Below are positions 52,567 to 64,000 of a DNA stretch of 64,000 nucleotides, piece after piece. The stretch's first letter is position 1. Every line of letters starts with the position of its first letter. The translations under genes were made by a program, and so were the position numbers. The notes under the pieces are model-generated. The model was given only the letters and a program-made list of their open reading frames with translations, did not search any database and was not told where the DNA came from. The stretch comes from Octopus vulgaris (taxonomy: Eukaryota): contig OX597820.1 in NCBI GenBank assembly GCA_951406725.2, positions 71,114,001 to 71,178,000 of the forward strand, read 5' to 3'.

Positions 52567-53684
52567 TAATATAGTTATTTATTAAAATTCAACAATCTTA
52601 AAAGAAGTTTAACACTAAGGTAACAAATCAACAACATTCTTTTATTCTTTTACTTGTTTCAGTCATTTGACTGTGGCCATGCTGGAGCGCCACCTTTACT
52701 CAAGCAAATTGACTCCAGGACTTATTCTTTGGAAGTCTAGTACTTATTTTATCAGTCTCTTTTGCTGAATGACTAAGTTACTGGGATGCAAACACACCAC
52801 CATCGGTTGTCAAGCGATGTTGGGGGTACACAAACATATACACAAACATATACACACACATACATATACATATATATCTGTACTTCTCTACTCTAGGCAC
52901 AGGGAAATAAAGCCTTACAGCAGGGACATAAGATTTGACAGGTACAGGGAGGAATATAGTAGTGGAACCAAGAAAGAAAGGTCAGGCTTGGCTGAACACC
53001 AGTCACATGGGGAAAGAAGAGAGGGAGGTAGAGGCAGAGGGATAGAAAAATTAAGGAGGGGGCGAGAAAAAATGAAAGGGACAGAGTGAAGTGAAAGAAG
53101 AGGGAAGGTGAGCATGAAGAGAAGGTCAGGAAATGTGAGAGAGGGGTAACAAAAGAATGAAGAGTGGAATGAACTAAGTAAGTGTGAAGGGGCTGATAGA
53201 AAGAAGGAAAGAATGAAAGAATAGAAAGAATAATAGAGTCGTACAAAATTTAGATATACATATACTTACATATAAGAAACCAAAGTGTATGTATGCCACT
53301 ATATTTTTATATATAAAAAATACAAAAATGGGACAAGAACGCAAAACATCCAGACAGTTAGGTGATACAAAAAAGAGACAACAAAACATCCAGACAGACG
53401 ATACAAAGAAAACAAGGACGGGTTATTTGGAGTTTTCTTTCCTCAGTCAAGTTCCAGATTATCTTTGCAATTTCGGCTGGTTATATTCGAGATTGCTGCA
53501 ATCTGGCCAGTCCCATGGAAAAATTAAGCTAAGAGCACTAGATTCCTTGGAAGAAAGCAGTGAATATATACATAAACAAGGATGAAAAAGAAAATGGAGA
53601 AATGGTACACAAATACAAATAACAGGACATTAACAACAGGTGTTTTTCGATATATATATATATATATAAAATAAATGCCCCCTT

Positions 53685-53922
53685 TTAAAGCCTAGCCAGG
53701 CTCATGGGCCTGGTTTCCCAGTTTCAGTGGCGTATGTCTTCTCCAGCTGGATGGGACACCAGTTCATCGCAGCATTACTCATTTTTGCCAGCTGAGTGGA
53801 CTGGAGCAACGTGAAATGAAGTGTTTTGCTCAAGAACACAACGCGTCGCCCGGTCCAGGAATCGAAACCACAATCTTACGATCATGATGCTGACACCCTA
53901 ACCACTAAGCCACGCGCCTCCA
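53685..53922 (-). mobile_element. tRNA-derived SINE
   Basis: Head GGAGGCGCGTGGCTTAGTGGTTAGG...GGTTTCGATTCC; tail shared with 42490-42600; head related to 54510-54630 and 57815-57945. Confidence 0.88.
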
Positions 53923-53932
53923 TACACGCACG

Positions 53933-53973
<41 letters not shown>

Positions 53974-55264
53974 GATGGGCTTCTTTCAGTTTCAATCTAC
54001 AAAATCCACTCACAAGGCTTTGGTCAGCCTGAGGCTATAGTAGAAGACACTTACCCAAGGTACCATGCAGTAGGACTGAACCTGGAACCATACGGTTGGT
54101 AAGCAAGCTACTTACCACACAGCCACTCCTGCACCTATATTGCTGCAAAAATCTATGTATAATATGCTACTATTTGTAATATTTGGGCCTAAATTGTCTT
54201 TTAACACTTTTGTTACTATATTTCTTTTGAAATACTCTGGTTTTATTGCACTTAATTTTCAGAATAATGAAAAATTTATTAAAATGTCTTTGTCCATATC
54301 AAGCTGTTGTTTGGAACATAAATTAATGTGAAATATTGACAAGGTTTTAATTTAGACCACTTCAAAACAGGAAGTTTGCACTATAGAACCAGAGATTGGT
54401 CTTGGGGAGGTTGGTGTCAAAAGGATTAATTTATGCGCATAATGTAATGTTGCATAAATGGTACAAGAGTGTGTGAACTATTTTGATCTCAATATATTAG
54501 TTTGTGAAAACATGTGGCTTAGTGCTTAGGGTATTCAGCTCATGATCATAAGGCCATGAGTTCAATTCTTGGCAGCACATTATGACCTTGAGCGAGATAC
54601 TTTATTTCATGTTGGTCCAGTCCACTCAGCTGGCAAATATGTAGTACCTGTATTTCAAAGGGTCAGCCTTGTCACATTCTGTGTCAAGCTGAATCTCCCT
54701 CAGAACTAGATTAAGGGTATGCATGCCTGTGGAGTGCTCAGCCACTTGCACATTAATTTCCCAAGCAGTCCACTCTGTAGGGTGTTTGGTGTTTGGAAGG
54801 GCATCCACCAGTAAAAACCATGCCAAAACTGACTCAGAAATTTGGTGCAGTCTTCTGTCTGGCCAACTCATGTCAAACCACCCAACTGATGCCAGCATGG
54901 AAAGCAGATGTTAAACAATGATGATTATGATGATTTTATTTTCTTGATTGAGTCAACTAAAACTCTCACCATCGTAAGCGACGGAGAGCCAAAGAGAAGA
55001 ATAGATTAGTTTTTAATATTTCAGTTTAGATAAAATGGATTTGTATATAATAAAAAAGTTAATCTAAGGCAATAAAATTTATTACATTAGTGTTTTACCT
55101 TAATAAAAGCAGGCAAGAAAAATATTTGCAATCAAATACTATGTATTAGATGCACTTCTAATTTGAATCTTGATTTTAGTAAAAAAGAGTGCCTTAAACA
55201 TGGAGTTTTATGGGAGATTATAGTAATACTGCTAGATGAATATGGGTCACCTCTTGTTAGATTA

Positions 55265-57648
55265 ATATGGGCCACCTCTTGTTAGAAGTAAAGAAAATGG
55301 ATGTGCTTGGGGCCAACACCTCTACAAAAAGCAGAGCTAAAGAAGCATCAATGGCAATTTAAAACCAACAAAGGCTGGAAGAAGAAGGCCTAACCACATC
55401 TCATGTCACAGTAACAGCTTCAAGAAACTTATCCATATGCCAACAGCAAGTTGATACATGTTTCTAAAATCAGCTCCCAAAATTGTGCAACAAAGACATA
55501 GACCCCAAATACAGGATATCTGACTGTTTTTGTATTTGACTTGCAAGATACTTGATGTGAACTTGCATATTTTATTTTTTTTTTTTGTATCTTAGGAGGG
55601 TCATTATGCCATGGGTTCTGTTTACTTCTTCAATTATTATTAGTCAACTAGTTACCCATTTAACTAATTAACTAGTCGATTGTTTGACTAACTGTTCAGT
55701 CAATCAATGAGCTAAGTTTGTCAAAGCCCCTTCATTGCCATTTGTGACCTTATCAATGACATGTCATCTCTATTCCAAATCTCTTCAGTAATGTCTGTCA
55801 CCTAGCTGATTGGTTGATTTACTGAATAATTAATCAAACAACCTATTATTTAATTGGGTAAAGAGTTAAGCAATTAATAATAAAAGAAGTGAAATAGAAC
55901 CAGTGTATGTGTGTGTTTATTAATGGCATGATGACCCAGATATATTGATTAATTAATGATTTCTTCAAAGGCACAAGACCAAAGATTTAGGTGAAGGGGT
56001 TCATTGATTAAGATGATTCCAATACTTAAACAGTACTTTACCTTATTAATTCTGGAAGGATGAAAAGCAAAGCTGACCTTGTTGGAATTTGAATTCAGAA
56101 TGAAGAGAGCCAGAAAAAATATAAGGCATTTTCATTATTTCTAACACCCTGAATATTTTGCCAATAATTCACTCTAAAAATTGACTTCAGTATTTGACTG
56201 GTACTTCATTTATTAATGAAGGCATATGGTCAGTTGGTTCAGGTATTCAACTCACAATTGTAATGTCATGAGTTTGCTACACAGTTATGCCTTGTGTCCT
56301 TGAGCAAGTCACTTTATTTCACATTACTCCTGTCAACTCAGCTGGCAAAAATAAGTTTATTATCATTTAACATTTATTGTCCATGCTGAGTTGGATGGTG
56401 ACATGGATTGGACAGTTGTACCTGTAATTCAAAGGACTAGCTTTGTAACATTCTGTCATGCTGAACCTCCCTGAGAGTAGGATTTTGTTAGGGTATGTGC
56501 ATTTGTGGAGTATTCAGTCTCTTGCAAGTTAATTGCATGAGCTGGCTGTTCCAGTTAATCAGATCACTTTGAACTCTCATTGTCATCATAACCAACAGAA
56601 TGCTAACTATTTATCAACCTCCAAAGAGACGAATGGACACAAAGCACCATCTGGTCCAATGATTGAACCCTTGACATCACAGCTATTAGGCCAACACCTT
56701 AACCACTTGGCCAAGCACTTTCACATCATTGATATTTCAGTGTACGTATATATATATATTCAGCTGAATTATTGCAGAAACTTCCCAAAATACATCCCAT
56801 AAAGTAAACACAAGAAATATAAACCAAATTATACAACAGATATTTGCAATTCTCATAAACTCGAGAGACTGCCTGAAACACAACATACTAGCCTGAGTTC
56901 GACAGAAATATAAGTCAACATTTAACAATTAAACAAGAAAATAATAAATAATGTCAGAGAATGGACAAATGTTTATATTCTACACAAGTTTCAAAACAAG
57001 TCGTATAATATGATACAAAGTAATTAGGATAATCAACAATACTGGGAACCTGTAAATAGTCATTCCTTCTGCTAGAAATTGCTGTCAAATCTCACTCAAA
57101 TTACACTCTTGACCTGAATATAGTAATTCTTTCTGTTAGAAATAGCTGTCAAATTGCACTCAAATTACACTCTATTGTCTTAGAGAAGGCCATATTATCC
57201 TACACATAGCTGTAAAAAAAGATGAGATGGTCATGGCTGGAATAGCTTTGATTAGAGATCTGACCAGATGCTAAACTTAACATCAACAGCAACAACAATA
57301 AATTGGGTGAATTAATGACCCCGAGGGCTCTGCAAATGGAGATAGGGTTTCCCATGCTGAACAGGTCAAAGAATAGAGGCCAAATTAATATGAGCCACCT
57401 CTTGTTAAAAGTAAAGAAAAATAGGTTGGTGCAGGGCCAACACCTCTACAAAAAGCAAAGTTAAAGAAACATCAATGACAATTCAAAACTAACAAAAGCT
57501 GGAAGAGGAAGGCCTAACCACATCTCACGTCATAGTCACAGCTTCAAGAAACTTATCCATACTCCAACAGTAAGTTGATACATGTTTGTAAAATCAGCTC
57601 CCAAAATTGCACAACAAAGACAAAACCCCAAATACAGAACATCTGACT
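55265..57648 (+). repeat. Dispersed ~260-bp direct repeat (55265-55525 and 57388-57648)
   Basis: The two segments align throughout with scattered substitutions. Confidence 0.85.
55588..55940. repeat. Old diverged inverted repeat
   Basis: ~55613-55715 versus ~55801-55902; a lone CTGAAGA on the minus strand in the spacer. Confidence 0.6.
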
Positions 57649-58736
57649 TGCACCTTGGCCATTACTTTGACTCTTTCCTTCCATCAAGTATCAGAAAAGC
57701 ACTAGTGAAATTAAAAATCTTAAAATTATTTGGATGCAATGAAATCACAATCATATACTTAAAACACATAAGGTCTGGTGCAGTAATGAATGCATTCTCT
57801 AATATTTTCAATGAAGGCATGTGACTTAGTAATTAGAGCGTTTGGCTCACAAGTGTAAGGTTGTAAGATCAATTCCTGGTGATGTGTTGTGTCCTTGAGC
57901 AAGACACTTTATTTCATGTTGCTACAGTCCACTCAGCTGGCAAAAGTGAGTCGTACCTGTATGTCAAAGGGCCAGCTTTGTCACATTCTGTATCATGTTG
58001 AATCTTCCTGATAACTACATTAAGGGTATTCATATCTGTGGAGTGCTCAGCCACTTGTACATTAATTAAATGAGCAGGTTATTCTGTTGATAAGTTCAAC
58101 TGGAACCCTTATCATCAAAATCGATTGAGTTCCAGAATCTGATAAGATGGGAAGAAATATTTTGAAAACTTAACAAAACCTCATTCAAAGTAGAAACATA
58201 CAGAAAGAACTTTCATACTCTTTTGCAAAGCCTAAAAATTTTTAGTAAAGCTCATCCTTGACATCACTAATCCATGCACTCCTTTTTCTATCTCACAGCT
58301 TGGATTTAATCCTTTAGCATTTAAACTGGTCATATTTGGACCAAATATTCTACCTTTGTTATGTTTAAACTGGCCAAAATTGGCCTCTCTCACCTACCCT
58401 ACAATGTGATTTTATGTTCTCATCTCTCGTTGTGTTCTACGTTTATTTGTGGTGTCCTGTACTCATATATATATATGTATGCATGTATATATACATGTAG
58501 ATGTAAGTATGTACATATATGTATGTATATATGCATATATTTTATTTATATATTATATTATTATATATATATATATATACATGCAAATTGTATTGATAAC
58601 CAGCTGGAGGAGGCTCTTCCTGGGGTTAAAAACAGTAGTTACATCAAACATCTACATTGATGAGGCAATAAACATTACTTTTCAGTATAGCTTCATCTCT
58701 TATAGAGATTTTCCAACTAGCTACTTTGCTTGTTAA

Positions 58737-58773
<37 letters not shown>

Positions 58774-60134
58774 TGATGCGCTTCTTTCAGTTTTCTGTCT
58801 ACCAAGATACCATGCAGTGGAACTGAACCCAAGACCACTTGATTGGGAAGCAGTGCTTATAAATACATTAAAAGCAAAAGATAAACTTTTAGAATCTGCG
58901 AGTGGAACAATGAAAACCTTTATTAGAAATAAAGGTTTTTAATCTCAAACTTAGCCAAGACATATCTATAAAACAACTAGAGGGATCAAAATAATGGATG
59001 AAACACCAATGATTAAGATATATAATTATCTATTGCATTTCACATAAAAACATTGAACCAAATGTTCAACTATATTAAAGAAAAAATGTTAATAAACATA
59101 ATTTTCTTTTATAAATTTGTGAAATTTTCATTACATAATAAACATTTTCTTGCAGATATATTTCAGAACACAGATAAATGTAGTTTACATATGTAACCTA
59201 GTGAAGTGCAAATAGTTTTACAATAAAACATTTATAGGTTAAAGCAATTAGAGGAAAGAAATACAATGAATGCAAGATAAGCAGATTTCATAATTTATTG
59301 ATAAATGTAAAAAGGGTGTAATTGATATCTATTTCAAATTGCTGTGATAGGATAAAATTTCAGTTCCTTTAAAAAATTCACTAGAGTTCATAATAACTCT
59401 CTCGCTAATGTTTCCCCTCTTTTGCTATGTCAAAAACACATTATTATGCAAATATTCATAGAATATTTTATCGGATGAACAGATGGTGTAACTTACTGGA
59501 GATGTCAAATTTAAAATTCTTCAGAAATTGTATTTTAATGAGAGTTATATTTCTGTTGAATTTATGATGGCATTTAATAAATGCATTTTAAATTAAATAC
59601 CTTGTTTGCATATTTTATAAGGTGTATCATTATATTTAGATATATGCAGTCATTGGACTGTAGCCATGCTGGAGCACTCACTACCATGAATGGTTTTAGT
59701 CAAACAAATTGCCCTCAAGAACTTTTTTCTTTTTAAAAAAGTCTCATGCTTATACTGTTGGTATCTTTTCCCAAACTGTTAAGTTAAGGGGACGTAAACA
59801 AACCAACATTTTGTGGGGACAGACATAAATACAAGAACAAGTGATATGTTGTTCTAGAGAAAACTTATCAAACCAAGTGAAATTGTAGTCATGGCCATTG
59901 ATGGCGTCATGTAAATGGCACCCGTGCTGGTGGCACATATAGAACAACTATTATGCTCCTGAAGTAGTTGGCATTACAAAGGGTATCAAGCCTTAGAAAC
60001 CATGCTAAATCAGACCAGAACCTTGTGCAGGTCTTTGGATTACCAGTTCTAGTCAAATCATATAACCCATGCCAGCATGGAAAGCAGACCTTAACTGATT
60101 ATGATGAGGATATACATACATATATATATATATA

Positions 60135-60555
60135 TCATCATCATCATCTTCATCGTTTAACGTCCGCTTTCCATGCTGGCATGGGTTGGACGATTTGACT
60201 GAAGACTGGCAAACCAGATGGCTGCACCAGGCTCCAATCTGATCTGGCAGAGTTTCTACAGTTGGATGCCCTTCCAAACACCAACCACTCTGAGAGTGTA
60301 GTGGGTGCTTTTACATGCCACAGGCATGAGAGCCAGTCAGGCGGTACTGGCAATAGCCACATTCAAATGTTGCTTTTTACTTGCCACCTGCACAGGAGCC
60401 AGTCCAGTGGCACTGGCAACAACCTTGCTTGAATGTTTTTCACGTGCCATCAGCTCAAGTGCCAGTAAGACAACGCTGGTAATGATCACACTCGAATGGT
60501 GCTTTTTATGTGCCACTGGCACAGAAGCCAGTCAGCTGCTCTGGCAATGATCACG
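60135..60555 (-). mobile_element. RTE LINE 3' UTR with internal ~60-bp repeats
   Basis: Homology to 28330-28736. Confidence 0.85.
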
Positions 60556-60586
60556 CTATATATATATATATATATATATATTAGTA

Positions 60587-60618
<32 letters not shown>

Positions 60619-60867
60619 CATATGTGTGAGTGTGTGTGTGTACATGTGTGTAGTGTGTGTGTGTGTCATTGTTCTGAATAGTACTATGACCCTCCCTGCC
60701 ACCCCATCCCCATGCCCATTGCCACTGTTGTTGGCCTTGGCCCTGACTTTTAGTACCATTCCTGTATCTCTCAGTGACAGTATCTGTTTCAATACATGAT
60801 TTCATATCCGTGATCTTGCAACACAAATTCATAAACATAATATATATATATTATATATGCATATATA

Positions 60868-60942
<75 letters not shown>

Positions 60943-61786
60943 CATAATATACATACATACATATATATGTATGTATATGTATGTATATATGCAATAATTT
61001 ATATATTGTTTATATTATATGATTGAATGCCATGCATCCTTTTCCAAGTAAGTTTTATCTCAATAATTATGATGCGCACTCTTCAACTTTACTATTTCTT
61101 CTTTGTCTATCTCTCTCCCTCTCTTGTTCTTCATCCTTTCTGGTTTTCTCTCTCCCACCCTTCCCTATTCGTCTCCTCTCCCCTTCACCATTCCCTCTCT
61201 CTTATTCCTCCTCCTCCTCAACTCTCGTCACTGACACGTGATCAGAGGGAAGCCAATTTTTCTAACTGTTATCTTCACCAAAGCCAGACCACTTATCCTG
61301 TCTCTCTCGTAAGCTGTCTCCTTGAGCGTTCACAATAATTTTTCCATCGTCTTGGCTTAACAGCCCTCATCATTTGTTTTTACTGTGTTATTCTTTTTGT
61401 TCTGTCTTTTACTGTTTTTACTTTTATTGTTTTCATTGTCTTGTTTTCTTTTTACTGTCCTGTTCTTGTTACCACTTTTACCCCTCTGCAAAAAATCCCA
61501 AATTTATTCAATTTGCTTTGCAGGAAGGATTGTTTCAATGAAGTCGTGTCTTGTCCTTACCTTCAAAATGCAGAGTAGACAAAACAGAGACAACTGAAGA
61601 AGGGGAATATTCCTTGTACTCTGTGTTTTCGTTGTTTGAAAAAAAGTTCGTTTCCATGTTTTTGTTTTTATGTCTTCGCTTCTCATTGTGTTTAACATTT
61701 TTTTGATGTCCTGTACCCATATATGATATGTATATATACATATAGATGTAGGTATGTACGTATATGTATGTATATATGCATATACT

Positions 61787-62002
61787 TACTCTTTTACTTG
61801 TTTCAGTCATTTGACTGCGGCCATGCTGGAGCACTGCCTTTAGTCGAGCAAATCGACCCCGGGACTTATTCTTTGTAAGCCCAGTACTTATTCTATTGGT
61901 CTCTTTTGCTGAACTGCTAAGTGACGGGGACATAAACACACCAGCATCGGTTGTCAAGCAATGCTAGGGGGACAAACACAGACAGAGAAACACATACACA
62001 CA

Positions 62003-62057
<55 letters not shown>

Positions 62058-62199
62058 CATATAAATATATACGACAGGCTTCTTTCAGTTTCTGTCTACC
62101 AAATCCACTCACAAGGCTTTGGTCGGCCCAGGGCTAAAGCAGAAGACACTTGCCTTGCAGTGGGACTGAACCCGGAACCATGTGGCTGGTTAGCAAGCT

Positions 62200-62200
<1 letters not shown>
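61787..62200 (-). mobile_element. tRNA-derived SINE (dominant family)
   Basis: Near-consensus copy. Confidence 0.9.
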
Positions 62201-62948
<748 letters not shown>

Positions 62949-63556
62949 GACAGACTTTTTCAGTTTCCATCTACACGATCAACTGATAAGGTTGTAGTCA
63001 GCTGAGGGCTATAGTAGAACATGCCTATCCAAGGGGTGTCACACAGTGGGATTGAATCCAAAACGTGGTTGGGAGGCAAACTTCTTACTACGCAGCCATG
63101 CTTGCATCTATGTGCAGTAAAACAATAGTCATGAGAAATTACTCCAAGTCTGTTAGTAGCAACACATATAATTGTTCAGTTAGGCATGCAGTCTACGAGA
63201 AATATCAATTTCAGAATGTTGAAGGAAGAATTTTATATTCTTAGACAGAATATATTGCTCTGTATAGTTCTAAGCACAGACACAGTAGTATGATTAAGAA
63301 GTCTGCTTTGAATTCATGTGGTTCCAGGTTCAATGTCATTCTATGGCACCTTGTGCAAGTATTTTCTGCCTCAGCATTGGCTTGACCAATGCTTTGTAAG
63401 AAGAATTTGGTTGACAAGTTTTTTGTTGAGCTATCTTATCTTGTCTGTCTATCTATTTATCTATCTATCTGTCTGTCTGTTTTTACATTCATACAGACAT
63501 ATATACAGACATATATAGGCACAGGAGTGGCTGTGTGGTAAGTAGATTGCTTACCA

Positions 63557-63902
63557 TACAGTCACTTTTTTTGAGCCCCAGATTGCAGTTGCAGGAATGC
63601 CTGCAAGTTGCAAGAAAATTGCTCAAGAGGTTTATCACCTCCAATTTGTGTATAAATTATGTTTTGTATTTGTGTGGACATTTGATTCCAAATATAATGT
63701 ATTTTAAATTGTAAGAGGGTCAATACCTCTGTATATGTGTTTTTAAAGAACAATGTTTTAGAGAAGCAGAGGGTTAGCGGGCACTTTCTGTCTTATCCCT
63801 TCCTTATCATCTTGTATTATTATCATTCACATCATCAATGTCTTGTCTAGCCCGCAAAGCCACCCATCATTGTACTGCCTCTATGGCAAATGAAATTAAT
63901 AA
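63557..63902 (+). mobile_element. Retro-insertion with 17-bp TSD inside a SINE head
   Basis: AAGTAGATTGCTTACCA (63540-56) and AAGTAGCTTGCTTACCA (63903-19) flank the insert, which ends in AATTAATAA(AA). Confidence 0.75.
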
Positions 63903-64000
63903 AAGTAGCTTGCTTACCAACCACATGGTTCCGGGTTCAGTCCCACTGCATAGTACCTTGGGCAAGTGTCTTCTACTATAGCCTTGGGGCAACCAAAGCC

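Noticed and set aside
53430-53515. Hammerhead-like pieces on the minus strand (CCAGCC-GAAA-TTGCAA and CTGAGGA)
   Set aside because: The halves do not share a paired stem II in any hammerhead topology.
56978-56995. GAAACTTGTGTAGAA half-hammerhead on the minus strand
   Set aside because: It resembles the 16.3-kb family 3' half but has no CUGANGA partner; at best a truncated relic.
61520-61620. CTGAAGA-AGGGGAATATTCCTT hairpin
   Set aside because: No GAAA follows the stem, so the core is incomplete.

Overview
AT-rich, repeat-dense eukaryotic DNA. The SINE, microsatellite and LINE landscape looks like an Octopus-type cephalopod genome (inference). The only host coding exon I can support is the first coding exon of a TCEANC2 orthologue on the minus strand (41722-41814, MDKYIVKVPR...KQATITSLK followed by a GT donor), sitting in a CpG-retaining, promoter-like zone. 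I found no exon 2, so everything to its left is probably one intron of more than 41 kb. The rest is transposon debris: a colinear Helitron Rep/PIF1 relic (~5.8-13 kb), a mariner interrupted by an RTE LINE with a 7-bp TSD, a Tc1/mariner deletion derivative, a MULE-like relic, CR1 and Tx1/L1-like 3' ends, many tRNA-derived SINEs and (TA)n/(GATA)n arrays. The most interesting signal is a set of short, non-coding foldback elements, mostly in or next to (TA)n. Several carry minimal type I hammerhead ribozyme cores (CUGANGA...GAAA with a palindromic mini stem III). These fall into at least four sequence families, share a Penelope-pLTR-like layout (inverted 3' copy + HHR + tail), and several share a 3' end motif. 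One is fused to a tRNA-like Pol III head and flanked by a 10-bp TSD. All calls were made by eye, no searches were run, and boundaries of degenerate relics are approximate.
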